From contig NW_003314331.1 of the NCBI RefSeq assembly GCF_000143415.4, positions 666,114 to 730,113 on the forward strand: a stretch of 64,000 nt of DNA, in the 5' to 3' direction. Below the pieces are notes generated by a model. That model had not been told where the DNA came from. It ran no database searches and worked only from the letters and a program-made list of their open reading frames with translations. Shown piece after piece: positions 1 through 14,195 of the stretch. The DNA comes from Selaginella moellendorffii (Eukaryota > Plantae > Lycopodiophyta). A program made the translations under genes and the position numbers. Position 1 is the first letter of the stretch. Every line of letters begins with the position of its first letter.

Positions 1-2
1 TC

Positions 3-113
<111 letters not shown>

Positions 114-1599
114 AACCGCAATGAGAAAGTATTTCTAAACGGCATGAGCGGCAGCAGTTTGATGCGTCTTCTCTAAACATCAAGGAGGCCTTCTAAAACC
201 AAAAGAGGACGATCGTATTACCTTGTTGATAGCGAATTTTGGAAGGTCTGTCGCCTTCCAGCAGCTTTTTTTTTCCATGCCTAGTATGCCTTACGCGTGT
301 TGATTTGGCTATGTAGTCGTGGTTGCACTTGCACAGAAGAAGCACTGGCATGTCAATCACATATATAGTGAGTGCGATAATATAAAACATGGAGAATGAG
401 AAAGATACCTTCGGTTGGAATAGTTGGCTAGCTCTCGCTTGCGGAATCTGTGGAGACAGTCCATATCCTTTGCAACGGATAAGGTTCCACCTCCGTGGTA
501 GTGCCGACAAAAGCTTCATCAAGTTACGTTTCTCCCAATCATTGGAGTGCTTCCCTGAAGCATCACCTAGTAGTGCCAGAATTGCTGCTCTGGGATTATA
601 GTGGACGTGAAAGCAATCATCACAATGGCCGTGAGCGATGGCGACGAAGAACAGCGAGCAAAGGCTGAAGGAGTTGCGAAACTTTGACCTGTTTAAACGG
701 AGCTCTGTCCTCACTAGCCAACCTCCTCTGGAGAAAAGATGATCAGGATTGATCCTCGGGAAGTTCAAGCCTGGATGAATCCACGTCGAGAGGACGTCAG
801 CGCCAAGTGAGAGTTTTGACACCTTGACGAGACGACAACACTCTTTTAACCACCTTTTCTTCCGCTGGCTTCTTCTGAGCACCCAGTAGCTGTCTTTCAT
901 CCTGCCAAGACTAGAAGGCCCAGCCCACGAAGCACTGCCCATGTTTTAGAAACCATAAGAGAAAGCTCCCCCTTCTTCTTCCTGGTTTCTCCACCACTTT
1001 CTTAATCTTTTCTTCTCGCTCGTACGTCAGCTAAGTAGCTTAGAGTGATTCCCACGGAGCAGCGCTCTGGCTCGAAGCTGGCAATGGGAAGAATTCTAAA
1101 AAATCTGGCCACTGCCCGACCTGTGCCCTGCCCTCTTTCTTCCCTTCTCCTTAAATTTCCTTCTGGGACGATGGAGATGGAGAGCGACCCCACAGCTGCC
1201 CCGTCTGTCACTGAAGTCTTTTCTTCCACATTTCCAATGCTTCTCGCTCCTTAGATGAATGCGCGAAAGAAAGAGGGTACCACTGCCGGATCCCCTGAGA
1301 TATCGAGAGCTGAGCGAGAGAGAGCCTGGCGTCATACCTCGAGGACGAAGCCCTCCTCCGCAATAAGAACCCTAAACACTTTACAATTTCCCGCCAAATT
1401 TTGGAAAAGCAAAGAGCCCTATTTAGTGATGGAGCATGACATTTTTGAAGAGAAAAGCATCAAAACTACGAGTGTGTGCTCTTGCGTGTTTTTCACTCTA
1501 TTGATACCTTTCCTGGAATGTTTCTAACTTTTTGATTTGCTTAAGTGGTGGATATAATGCTTGGATATTCTAAAATATTCTACCATCTAATTCTTTTAG

Positions 1600-4500
1600 A
1601 TTAATGTTGGCCCAAGAACAGATTGTGCCCTGCACTTAAAATGTGTTAGTGAGAGAGAAGCTAAAGAAGAATTAAGGTTCTAGGGAAAAATCCATTTGAT
1701 GGCACTTATGTTTATGGTTAAACTTTAAGCCACACTTTCAAATAAAACTACTCAAAAATCTGGGGTTCTGCCAGGTATTTCTTGCAGAAAACATCATTAG
1801 AAGCCTTGAGTTGTTTTTTTTCCAGGTCATGGGAGACGAATCAAATTTAAAAATGTGGAAGACAAAAATGCAGCCCTTGAGTCCCTTGTAGCTAAGGAGG
1901 AAAAACTTCTAGTCTAATTAGTTTTGAAAGATTTGTGTAAATTTTTTAGTTTTATTGATAGAATATAAATGTATAGCATACTTCGATAATCATTGCTTAA
2001 CTAAGCTATCAACAATTATATCATGCTTAAAATGATCACAATATAATTACTATAATTTATTTGATTATTATTATATAGTTACTCAAAGAGTTCATTGTAG
2101 AGTATAATACCAAGTCATTAATCTAAAATAATCTTGGAACTCTCACCAAAAACCTAATTCTCTTCTAATAAAAGCTTTTAGAATTCTTAATTATATCATA
2201 TATTGATCAATTGAACTAATAAGTGAATAATTTTTTAAGGTTAGGTTTTTAGATATAATATTTTAAATATGAAAGTTCATTGATGAATTTCTATATTATA
2301 AATCTATGTAATGCTCTATTGGATTAATTACTTCAATGCCATAGGACATGGATTTGTGAGTGCATAGAATATATATCAAAATCTTACTATGTTAATATTA
2401 ATATATGCCATCATAACCATATATTTGAACCTTACATCATCTCTTTTTCTCATAAGGATGGAATGTAATTAAGGTTTTTTGGTTGATAAATTAGAATCTA
2501 GAAGAACTTCAGGAGGAGGTATCAGTGGATCTGTATATGGTGTAATTTATTCCTAATCCCTTTGTATGAAGCACTTCAACCATTATATATATGCATAATT
2601 TCTAAAGGATTGATTTATTGAATATCATGCCAAACTTCATAAACTTGCAATCTAATTTATCACCACACTCAATATGGTCACTTTAACTAAGTAAAGAGCC
2701 TTTTAGACAAATCACGTATTATATGATTGAGAAAACAAACTAATAGTAAGTCATTTATTTTGTACTTTACAGGTGGATGCCAATAAGAGTTATAGCACCA
2801 TTGTTATCTCACTTGTATGCAACCAAAGTGTTTTAACAAACTCTATTCAAACAAGTAAAAGAATGCTCATCAAATATTTTTCCCAATATCTAAGCTCATG
2901 ATAATTGTGAAGGTAAACTCAACTCCATTAAAAGTATTACATCATGATTATATAAAAGTTTATATAGTGAAGTATTAATGAAACTTTGAACTCTTGTAAC
3001 ATACACATCCTGAAGAAATCATCTTAATCTAAATGTTTAAAGTTTAAATATTTTGTGATCATTCATTTGAAGATCCAAATAAGCCATTCCACTAAACCAT
3101 CCATCTAAGCACTCTTGATAGTGTGGCATATCTCTAGCCTAGATATTAAGATGTGAATGCGTCAACCATGAATGCAAGATCATTATCCGAAAGAATCTAA
3201 TTAAGGAAGAAATATCCAATAGTAGTCACTGATGCATTAGCAAGACCACTAACTTTCACCTAGCGAGTCAAGTAATTGGAAGCAATAATGATATATTCTT
3301 TGTGAACAATTGAACATGGAAAAGGCCCCATTAAATTCAAATGCCATTAAATTCAATAAGAGGAAGTAAATTTTACTCTACACTTTGTGGATATTGAACA
3401 TTAACTATAATAATTACTAACAATATAGAATCCTCGTCTAGAAATGACACTAATGCTGGAATAACAGATTTGTAAAGAACATGAAAAGAGAGCAAAATAA
3501 AAAGTAGAACTTGGAAAAGGGCATTAGCATTAACTATACAACTCCCTTAATGATGAATAACCTCAAAATTATATATCTAAAACTTAAAAGTCCATTAAAC
3601 CAACCATATGAAGTACCATAGCATGATTATCTTTTAGTAATGTCTGAGAACCATGCAAATATCCATGAAACAAATTGTTACTAAATATTCATTCTTTATT
3701 ATAAAGTAATTTATTTCCACTGATTATAATGTATTACTCATATATACAATAAGATAACACTGAACAAATATATTTGTGCTTTTTTACATCAACACATCTC
3801 TTAAACTAATATCAAAAACATCCACATACAAAGTAAAAGGACAAAGTGTAATTAGGATACACTAAAATTAAAAGAGTTATCAATAGCTCTTTCAGATTTA
3901 AAAGTGCTATTTTGCAATCTTTAAACTTGATGAAAGATGATATTGATGGCTTTACCAATACTTATAATTGTGCAGTATGATATAAAAAATGATCAATAAA
4001 ATAATTGAGATATTACATTTTACCTAAAAAGTATTGCATATTATTCATACACTTTAAGTAGAGAACTTTATAACAATTAAAAGTTTGTCAGAATTAACTT
4101 TCAAATTTTCACAAGAAATATAATACCTAAAATAAATTATATCTTTAGATCCAAATATACACTTTGATTGCTTTAGCTTTAAACTAAATTCGCACAATCT
4201 ATTTAACACCTTGCAAACATTACAAATGTGCCCTTCTTACATCCCCTATGAGTGCATTAAGACATCATCAATAAATTCACTAATCACTTTTGGCATGTCG
4301 CAAAAACCCTCATTCGCTGGAAAATTTGCCAAAACATTGTTCAAATTTAAAAGCATCACTAACTTCTACAAATCAAATGATGTACAAAAAACAATTTTAG
4401 GAACATTTGTTTTAGCCATTGACATTTACTAACACTTTAAAAAAAAAATTAATTTGATGAACCAACTACTTTTCTAAAAACAATCTAGAAAATTAGTAAT

Positions 4501-4860
4501 GTGAGGAAGAGGGTACACATTCAAGATAATCACTTTATTTAACTGACAATAGTTGATATAGAATCAAATACTCCATAGGCTTTGTTATAAAATAATATTT
4601 ATATGTTTAAAGATTTTAAGACTTTTGGATAATACCCTTCTTTAGCATCTCCTTGACATTTGCAAAAAAAATCTTTATCTCCTTTAATGATTGATGTTGA
4701 ATAAGAATTTTGATTGAACAAGCTTACTTATAATGTTACTTCATTGATAATCAAGCCATTGTGATTTTTATATATTATTCTAGTGATTGTGAGCAATGTG
4801 TTTACGAAATTAATTACTTAAATGATAATTAACCCCAAAGTGCTTAATAGTGATGCTAAT
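1600..4860 (-). mobile_element. Heavily decayed Ty3/Gypsy pol (RT-RNaseH-integrase order)
   Basis: Minus-strand remnants include RT K(T/I)(A/V)FCT-like sequence near 4390, integrase WHLNLMGPF near 3335 and DGLVEW near 3090. Many stops; very AT-rich. Boundaries approximate. Confidence 0.7.
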
Positions 4861-4889
4861 TAGTATCTGTGCCAATGACAAAAGCACAG

Positions 4890-6135
4890 TTTCCAACAGT
4901 ATACTATAAGCTTGTCTTCTTCAAAGCCAGCTCAAAAGAAGATGTCATCACAGATGATATCAGAGTACTAAGAACCACACCTTCTTGACCACACGCATGA
5001 GCCTGGCAGTTGAGAATGATCTTGCCTAGCCGTGGCTCCACTCTAACCTTGGCCAGTTTTAATACGAAGTTCATGAGCCTCTAGTTCTTCACTTCATCAT
5101 CCTTAGCTATGGCTTCCAACCACTACAAACTCATCATTGCGTGACTGATAGCACTGACGCTGGGAGGCTCCACAAAGATGAAGTTTTCCACATTAGTGCC
5201 AGAAGCTTGAGAACTACTATCCCCATGTGCAAACGGGAAATTTCAGAAGTCCCTAGCAGCAGACACTAGAACTAGCGTGCCTTGCATGACCAGCTCTTTG
5301 AGTCACAGAATTGCCATAAGCTCCAACATTATCATCCCAGTCTGTGAATCAAAGATGGCTTGCTTTGACAATCCTGGATCCACCTAGTAGCCGAAAAAGT
5401 CAACTACATGGTTCAAGGAAGATCATTGTAAAAGTACCTGATTCCTGGTATCGTCAAAGACATCTCGGCGATATTTGTTGCAAAGACTATCTTTCTCGTA
5501 CCAGCTGGTGCTGCCTCGAATACCAGTTGCTGATCCTCTTGACGAAGCCTTCCATGAAAAGGCACCACAAGCGTACATGGCATATTTGCCAGTCGCCCAT
5601 TCGATATCCGTTTGGGACTTGAAAAAAGCTATATCCCCGTCATCAGCGTCCCTATGGAGCTCACAAACTCTTGTCCTTGTTACATGGTTGTCGATGTTGG
5701 CATTCCTGCGCAGTTCGTAGTGGATCTCAACTGGGTACTTCCTTCCAGGAACGACAAGTGTTCGATGCGAAAGTAGTCGCTGAAAAGTTCCGCATTGGCT
5801 GTAGCTGGCATGATGATGAGTCTCAAGTCCGACCATGCACGCATACATTCCTTCAGTACTGCTAGGAGTAAATCGATGCTCAGGCTTCGCTCGTGTGCTT
5901 CATCCACCACAATGCAGCTGAACCAGTCGAGATTTCTAGTCGAGAGATAAAGTTGAAGCAGTACGTGATCCGTGGTGTAGACCATTTTGGCAAGGTCCTG
6001 TTGATCCCTGTATAACAAGGTGCCAATGGAATTTATCTTCTCGTAACAGCCGTGGCATCCTTTGGCAACCCGTCGAGTAAGAGCAAAAGCTGCTACTTTC
6101 CTTGGCTGTGTACAAAGGATGGACTTGAGAAACAA
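4890..6135 (-). pseudogene. DEAH11/12-like RNA helicase fragment (frameshifted)
   Basis: CTQPRKVAA, VVDEAHERSL, ATANAELFSDYF, GRKYPVEIHY and FVEPPS motifs are spread over several frames with stops. Confidence 0.8.
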
Positions 6136-6427
6136 CCATCACATAAATATTGAACGAGTTGAGTGCTCTTCCCAGACTAATCAACACAGTAACCTATAGA
6201 TTAATGCAAAGAAACTAGATGATAAAAACTTCTGGAGGTTCAGGCCAGAAATCAGTCTTGCTTCTTGCGGGGACGATCGCTTCCAGCTCCAGCGAACCCT
6301 AAAACCCTGGGAGAAAAACGTTTGAGCGGGAACATTATAGCCTCTAGTGTCACGATGGTTTAATTTCCAAGGTCTAGATGCCTTCTATTATTAAACCTTT
6401 CCACTCCTATCTATTTTTACTTTATTT

Positions 6428-7374
6428 TCATTCATTCATTCGTATACTGTTTAGCAGAGAAGCATACTCAAACTCATCCAGTTCTCCTTTGCTCTTCAAT
6501 TCTTCAATCAATGCTTCATCTGCAGCTGCATACCGGTTATACCCTGGAGGCATTTCTTCCTTGGATTTGTATAACTCGAAGCCTAGGCCTGCGTTGAGAA
6601 ATCCATCGAGTCCCTGAAAAGCTTCCCAGATTTGAGATGCAAGAGGGCAGGGTGGCCGAGGCACAATGAAGATTCCCAAGTCTGGATGTTTTTTGCAGAT
6701 CCGTTTGAGGTTTTCGTATTCAATCCGTTGGACGCAGAAACGAGGATGGTATTGCGGGAAGTCTGCTACCTGAACGATATAACCCACCTGAAAACGTACA
6801 CAAGTAAACATACAAAGAAACAGAGAATAGAAACTGATACAAACATCAAGAAGAAGTCTCTTCATTGGTCCAGTGTAAGTCCTCTCTGCCCAGTCCTCAT
6901 TTCGCAGGGGATCTCTTGAACAGTGATACGTATCGTGTCCCTTCGCTAGGCAGAGGTAGCATTTCTTTTGTTCATGAGCAAAAGGATCCACTCCAGGCTA
7001 AAACAAAAAACAAAGAGTCAAAAATTCAATAAGTGAGTTTTCTTACCCCCTTGCAGTGTCTTTCCCAATGACCTCTCTGCTTACATTTTCTGCATTGGTC
7101 GACGAGTAATCCCTCCTTCTCACCGGGACGATGAGTTCCTATGATCTCATACCTGTTACAAACAAAAGCAAGTAAACATCAAACCATATAAGCTTGCTTA
7201 CCTTGCTTGCATACGATCGTAATCGTCCTCGATTGCAAAAGTGTCCACCTCCTTCGGCTTTTCCTTTGCGAACTTCCTGTTGCTGCTGCCGCCGTCGTAA
7301 GCCTTCTTGTGCTGCCCGTTGCTGCTGTTGCCGTCATAAGCCTTCTTGTACTGCCCGTTGCTGTAAGCCTTCAT
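6428..7374 (-). CDS. Four-exon protein with two CCHC zinc knuckles and an N-terminal KKAYDGxSSNG repeat (copy 1)
   Basis: GT-AG splicing joins MKAY...MQAR / YEIIG...CRKCKQRGHWERHCKG / PGVDPF...CYLCLAKGHDTYHC / VGYIVQVADF...RMNE* in frame. TATATATA lies upstream at ~7470. Confidence 0.65.
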
Positions 7375-7506
7375 TGTCGGAAAGAAAATGTCCAGAACCA
7401 ACAGGGAGCTATACCAGATCGATAAGAGAGCCAGAGGCTAGGGCGCTAGGGCGAGAGGATATAAAGCCCTATATATAGCCTTGTATTGGTTTAATCAATA
7501 AAAGCT

Positions 7507-10500
7507 TCAGGCTTCCGGCCTGGGTACGTAGCCGAGCGTTTCAAGCGCAAAGAAAATGAGCTCTTGAGGCAGTCGACAAAACCTGTAGCTCCCCCCGCTC
7601 AAGGCCCGAAAACTCCCACGGAAGCTTTGCACAGCTCGTCCATCTACTGCGCTGTGAGCAAGGCCGCGAAGTCGACAACCCTGGCAGCCTTCGCAAGTCC
7701 ATCCCTGTTCCTGATGCTCGATCCAAGCTGGTTGGCAATGCTGTCGCGGCAAAAGCTGTGGCCTCGAGCCCCTTCGGGCATAAACACACCGAACAATCCT
7801 TTTGCTGCGTCTATTGCCACTGCTACTGCTGGATTGCTTCCTTCTTCCAGACGCTGACGATCTGTGCTTTGCTTGCTCCAAGCACTCATCCCCGTGCACG
7901 CCACCGGTGGTTCATGCTCACTGCAGCTCCCACTGATTTTTCCAGCCCGGCTAAGTCGACCCCGTATTTTCCCAAACACAGCTCTCATCATCCCAAGAGG
8001 AGCTCCCGTCGCCTCGCAGTGAGATCTTCTGGTTGCATCTAACCATGGCCGGTTTCCTCTTCAATCTTCTTTGCCAGGCGAAGCCCCTCTCTCGTCTTCA
8101 TTGCAGCTTTATCCAGCAGGCCCTTCGAGAGGAGAGTCTTCCACCAGTTGTCCTGCCTTGCACCGAGCCACACCTTTCTCGTACGCCTTCGGAGATACCT
8201 TCACACAGTGGTTTCCGAGTGGAAAACGAAAATTGAATAAGAGTAGCATACCTTCAAAGTCGCACCTAGTGTGTTATCCGCCTTGAGCTGCTCCATTCCC
8301 TTGGCAGAGTAAAGTGTAGACGGGAAGAGAAACTCCGCTTTGCATGTAACTTTCTGCCACGCCTTCCCCACGCCTCAGACATCCACTTTCCTGTGCATGA
8401 AAGTATCACGGCATCGATGCAGCAAACGCGCCAGCTTTGAAAGTGTCGAGTTTCACCGCAAGTTGGGGAGAAGCTGTGCGTCAAAAGGCGACCAAACCCC
8501 ACTTTGTCTGAGGTGACGCTCCAAAATCTGGAGATGCCTTCACCTCACTCATCAAACACTATCTCTTTCACCATCCAGACACGATCAGAGTCACGGGCGT
8601 TCGGAATCTCAGCTGCTTCTCGATGCACTCGTTCTGAAGCCAGCACTTCTGTCTCGCCACTGTTGCCATGACAGTATACGTGCAGCTCGTTCATGCGGCT
8701 CTCGATCCTGGACCTTGTTTGGCTGACACCTTTGGCCTCGAGCTGCTTTTGTAGCAAAGCTAGTCCGCTCTGTTCTTTGCCGCGAACTCTAGCCATGAGA
8801 GTGTTCCCCAAGTTCGATATGACCGCTCTGTGACTCCAAATCATACCCGAACGATCGGCCACCCATTCGGGATCCACGACGGTCACGCAGCTCAAAAACT
8901 CCCTCGACGAGCAGAAAAATACCAGCCCCAGTGGACAGTCTCTGGATGAATGTGAGCCTCTCGACCCAGTCGTATCCGATTCGCCCGTTGCCAGAAAACT
9001 GCCAGCTTCTCCATAAAAGCCGACGTGACGATCTTCCTGATTGTCTCGTCCTTCAGGCCTCTTATCTGTTCCTGGAAGCTCCTCAGTGACTTTGCGTTGA
9101 TGCTGTACACGTCCAAGAGGTTGAACAGGTCTCCATGCCAATGAGATGGTCGTCGAACTTCGACGGTCGAAGATGATATCAAAGGAATGAGAACCAGACC
9201 ACAACTGTCGAGAATGTTCTTGGTGTTAATCCGAAGTTCCCAGTTCTTTACTTCATCATCCAGCCGCTGCAAACTCGTCATTGCATGCCTGATAGCGCTG
9301 ATGCTGGGAGGCTCCACGAAGTCAAAGTTTTCCACGTCCTATATGCCTAGTGCCAGAAGCTTGAGAACTACTATCCCCATGTGAGAACAGCAACGCCATG
9401 TCGTCAAAGTCTTCATCGTTGTACAATCTGTAGCTGATACCAGAACTCGTGCGACCTCTTTGAGTTGCGGAGCTTTGACTGATTGCATTAAGCTCCAGCG
9501 TTGTCATCCCAGTCTGTGGATCAAAGATAGCTTGCTTTGACAATCCTGGATCCACCAAGTGCCTAGAAGCCGAGAAAGCGACATGGTTCAAGGAAGATCA
9601 TCGTAAAAGAACTTAAGTACCTGATTCCTAGTATCGTCAAAGACGTCTCGGCGATATTTGTTGCAGAAACTATCTTTCTAGTACCAGCTGTTGCTGATCC
9701 TCTTCACGAAGCCTTCCATGAAGAAGCAGCACAAACAGCGTATTTGCCAATCGTTTACAGACCCATTCGACATCCGCCTGGGACATGAGGAAAGCCCATC
9801 GGCCTCCCTGTGGAGCTCGCAAACTCTTTCCATTGTCCTTGTTACGTGGTTATCGATGTTGGCATTCCCGCGCAGTTCATAGTGGATCTCAACCTAGTAC
9901 TTCCAGGAACGACAAGTGGTTTCGATGCCAAAGTAGTCGCTGAAGAGTTCCGCATCGGCTGTAGCTAACATGACAATGACTCTCAACATTCCCTCAGTAC
10001 TGCTAGGAGTACTGAAGGCTTAGGCTTAGTTCCTGTTCTTCGTCCACCACAATGCAGCTGAAACCGGTCGAGATTTCTAGTCGAGAGATAAAGTTGAAGC
10101 AGTACCAAGGTGCCAATGGAATTTATCTTCCCGTAACAGCCGTGACAGCAGTTCCCACTGAGCGACCGATTCTTGCATCCTCCTGGACTATTTCTCACAG
10201 TTCTAGTGAAAAGTTCTTAACTTTGTTGTTCCTCCTTCGTGCTATCGTCTTTAGGATACCCTTTACCGTGTTGCAGCTCCTCAAGCGACCAATTTAGGCA
10301 GTGAAGACAAACCTTTCCAAGGATCTCGCCGTTTTCTTGTTCGGACCACTGCTCGGATGAGCTACCCTGGGGATCCCTCAAGCGAAGACCCAAAACTCAT
10401 CCAAGGGCTCTTCCCTCAAGCGAAGACCCAAAACTCCACCAGGGAGGCCGCAGCCTTGTCGAGGTAGCAAAGCTTTGAACCGCGGCTGGAATGATGGCGC

Positions 10501-10700
10501 CACACCGGCACCAACGCCTCATCCGGCGGCTGCGGTCCGTGAGTAGCAGCACCGCGTTGCGATCTCTCCAGCTCGATGAAAGCGTAGGCCCATGGATCGC
10601 TGCGCTGCCTGGGCACACACACGAAAGCGTTAGATTCCTACCAGGGAAGCGGCAAGCAAAAACTTCGACGATTCTACTGCCGCGATGATTCTAACGCCAA
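7507..10700 (-). pseudogene. Near full-length decayed DEAH11/12-type helicase-RBR (RRM-like N-terminus, helicase, HA2, RING-IBR)
   Basis: In order: WAYAFIEL, helicase remnants, ISQSSATQRGRTSSGISYRLY, ENFDFVEPPS, GDLFNLLDVY, HIHPETV, GHSFCRDSIANQLGSSIRNRDG and SGGSYRFC. Multiple frameshifts. Confidence 0.75.
10374..10437. repeat. Direct repeat, 2 x ~25 bp (TCCCTCAAGCGAAGACCCAAAACTC)
   Basis: Seen directly at ~10374 and ~10412. Confidence 0.8.
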
Positions 10701-13700
10701 GATTCAGGCCAGAAATTTCTCATAAAATGCAGTCTTGCCTCTTGATCCATGGCGCCGATCGCCCGCCGCTAGCGCCAATGCGAACCCTAAAATCCTGGAA
10801 CAAAAACGTTCGAGCGGGAAGGAGCTCTACCTTCCCAAAAAAGCAAGCTTCCATATCTTCTAGTGTAGGTTTTTTCCATAGCCATGATGAGTACATTGTT
10901 TAATTTCTCGTCTCTAGCTATAGATCTATAGATTACTAGACCAGTTTTAAATTAATGCGATAAACATGGAACAAAAACTAGTATTAGATTAGATTAACCC
11001 GCCCCAAACAAAACCCCCCAACCGAGCTGCTACTGGCTTGCTCTAGAGCGTATGCTATCTCGATGAGTGTTTTTCACTCTATTAATACCTTTCCTGGAAT
11101 GTTTCTAACTTTTTGATTTGCTTAAGTGCTTGGATATTCTAAAATATTCTACCATCTAATTCTTATATTATTATTATAATTTATCTGATTGCTAGTATAT
11201 AGTTACTCAAAGAGTTCATTGTAGAGTATAATACCAAGTCATTAATCTAAAATAATCATGGAACTCTCACCAAAAAACCTAATTCTCTTCTAGTAAAAAC
11301 TTTTAGAATTCTTTCAATTGAACTAATAAGTAAAACTGAACAGGAATAACACTACTATTTAACAAAATAATAGTATTTTTTTAAGGTTAGGTTTTTAGAT
11401 ATAATATTTTAAATATAAAAGTTTCATTGATGAATTTCTATATTATAAATCTATAATATTATATTTGTAATTCTCTAGTGGATTAATTACTTCAATGCCA
11501 TAGGATATGGATTGGATTAATTACTTCAATGCCATAGAACATGGATTTGTGAGTGCATAGAATATAAAAATGTGTATATTCAAATAGCCTAAAAACCTTA
11601 ATTTATATATAGAAGTGACTGTTATAAGAAACCAATCTAATAGATATCAAAATCATATTACGCTAATATCAATATATGGCATCAAAGCTATACACTTGGA
11701 CCTTACATTATCTCTTTTTCTCGGAAGGATGGAACGTACTTAAGATTCTTTGGTTAATAAAAAAGAATATGGAAAAACTTCACGAGAAGGTATCTAGATG
11801 GTGCAACTTATTCCTGATCCTTTTGTATGAAGCACTTTAACCACTATATATATATATATACATAATTTTTAAAGGATCGATCTATTAAATATCATGCCAA
11901 ACTTCATAAACTTGCAATCCAATTTATCACAACACTCAATATGGTCATTTCCACTAAGTAAAGATCTTTTTAGACAAATGATTGAGAAAACAAACTAATA
12001 CTAGGTCATCCACTTTGTACTTTGTAGGTGGATGATAATGAAAGTTGTAGCACCATTATTATCTCATTTGTATGCAACCCAAGTATTCAATAAACTTCAC
12101 TCAAACCAGTAAAAGAATGCTTATTAAATATTGCTTCTAGTACCTAGCTCATGACAATTGTGAATGTAAATTCAACTCCTTTGGAAGTATTAAATCATGA
12201 TTATATAAGAGTTTATATGGTGAAGCACTAATGAAACTTTGAACCTTGTGACATACACATACCAAAGAAATTATCCCAATCTAAATGTTTAAAGTTTATA
12301 TATTTTGCAATCATTCATCTAAAGGTCTGAACAAGCTGTTCCACTAAACCATTTATCTAAGCATTCTTGACAGTGTGGGATATCTTTAGCTTAGACATTA
12401 AAACATGAATGCATCAATTATAAATTCAAGACCATTATTCGGAAGAATATACTCTGAACAAAAATGCTAAAACACTATTCAATTGAGGAGGAAATATCCA
12501 ATAGTAGTTGCAAATGCACTAGCAACAACACCAATTTTCACCTAGTGAATCATATAATTGAAAACAATAATGACATATTCTTTGTGAATAATTGATCGTG
12601 GAAAAGTCCCCATTAAATCAAATGCCATCAACTCAAATGGACTCAAATTTACAATTGACTCAAACCATCTTTCTGCATCATGAGTCGGAGTATTATTAAC
12701 TTAATATCAAACATAACTATGCATATACTAGATAATATCATGTTGCATCTTCAACCAATACAAAAATATATATAACTTTTCAGTCACACATTAATGTTCT
12801 ATATGCCTACCTAGAATAGAAGAGTCATTGTAGGTGTGGAGAAAATATAGAATAAAGATTGAAGGCACCACCAATTATAAATAATCAGTCTCTATAAAAT
12901 AATAAGGTTGTCCTTAATATGATATTAATATTGTAAATGCTGAAATGATAAGTTATTAACAAGTGATTTAAGATTCTCAAACCCATCATGAAGCAGTTGG
13001 AACCACAATTCAATCTTTTGAGCTTTATGAACCTAGATAAATTTTACTCTACACCTTGTGGATATTGAACATCAACTATAGTAACCATTGACCACACAAA
13101 ATTTTTGTTTAGAAAATGACACTAATGCTAGAATAACAGGCTTGTAAGGAACATGGAAAGAGAGCAAAAAGATAAGCAAAACTTGAAAAAGGGCATTAGC
13201 ATCAACCATACAACTCCCTCAGTGATGAACAACCTCAAAATTATATATCTAAAACTTCAAAGTCCACTAAGTCAACCATATGAAGTACCATAGCATGATC
13301 ACCTTTTAGTAATGTCTAAGAACCATGTAAATATACATGAAGCAAACTGTTACTAAATATTCATTCTTTATCATAAAGTAATTTATCTCTACTAATTGTA
13401 ATATATGACTCATATATGCAATAAAATAACACTAGCCAAACAATCAAACCATACAACTCCCTCAGTGATGAACAACGTCAAAATTATATATCTAAAACTT
13501 CAAAGTCCACTAAGTCAACCATATGAACAAACTATTACTAAATATTCATTCTTTATCATAAAGTAATTTATCTCTACTAATTGTAATGTATGACTCATAT
13601 ATGCAATAAGATAACACTAGCCAAACAATCAATACATCAATATAAAAAATATCCATATACAAAATGAAAAGTCAAAATGTAGTTAAGATACACTACACTT

Positions 13701-14195
13701 AGAAGAGTTATCAATAATGTAAGCAATCAAAGGGAACAACTCGAGAGATAATCCATAGAAATTCAAATATAAAGGGAAAGAGCCCATAAATAAAAGTGTA
13801 CTTTTTTTTCCTAATTGGTTAAAGGTTTTGGGATATTTGGGGTTAAACATTCTTGGGTTTGAATAGTACTAGGTTGAATGACCTTTCGAGAAGTCCAAAT
13901 TCAAGAGCTTACATTTGGTATACCTTTTTTTCCAATCGGTTAAAGGTCTTGGGATATTTGAGGTTAAACATTGTAGCGCATCCTATCTCTCTCCCCTTAA
14001 GCCAACTGGAAAAAAAGCAATTGCTTGATAAAAGAGCCTTTAGTGGCTATTTTATCCCCATTTATCCCCCAAGGTTCCAAGGATCCACGGTGACAATATA
14101 TCCAAATCTCATCCCATGATCTCATGCGCTACACTCACCCCCTCTTCAGAAATGTCAATGTCTTCATTGACTATTGACTAACAACCCCTACTGAG

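Larger units (their letters stand above)
1486..7412. repeat. Segmental duplication, copy A (Gypsy relic + DEAH fragment + zinc-knuckle gene); copy B is 11067-19805
   Basis: Both copies start GTGTTTTTCACTCTATT and end CAGGGAGCTATA. ORFs 5680-6135/18063-18533 and 6428-6991/18810-19373 are nearly identical. Confidence 0.9.

Noticed and set aside
193-1335. 249-aa minus ORF and adjacent short ORFs
   Set aside because: No recognisable domain or consistent splice model; may be a decayed gene, but I cannot support a call.
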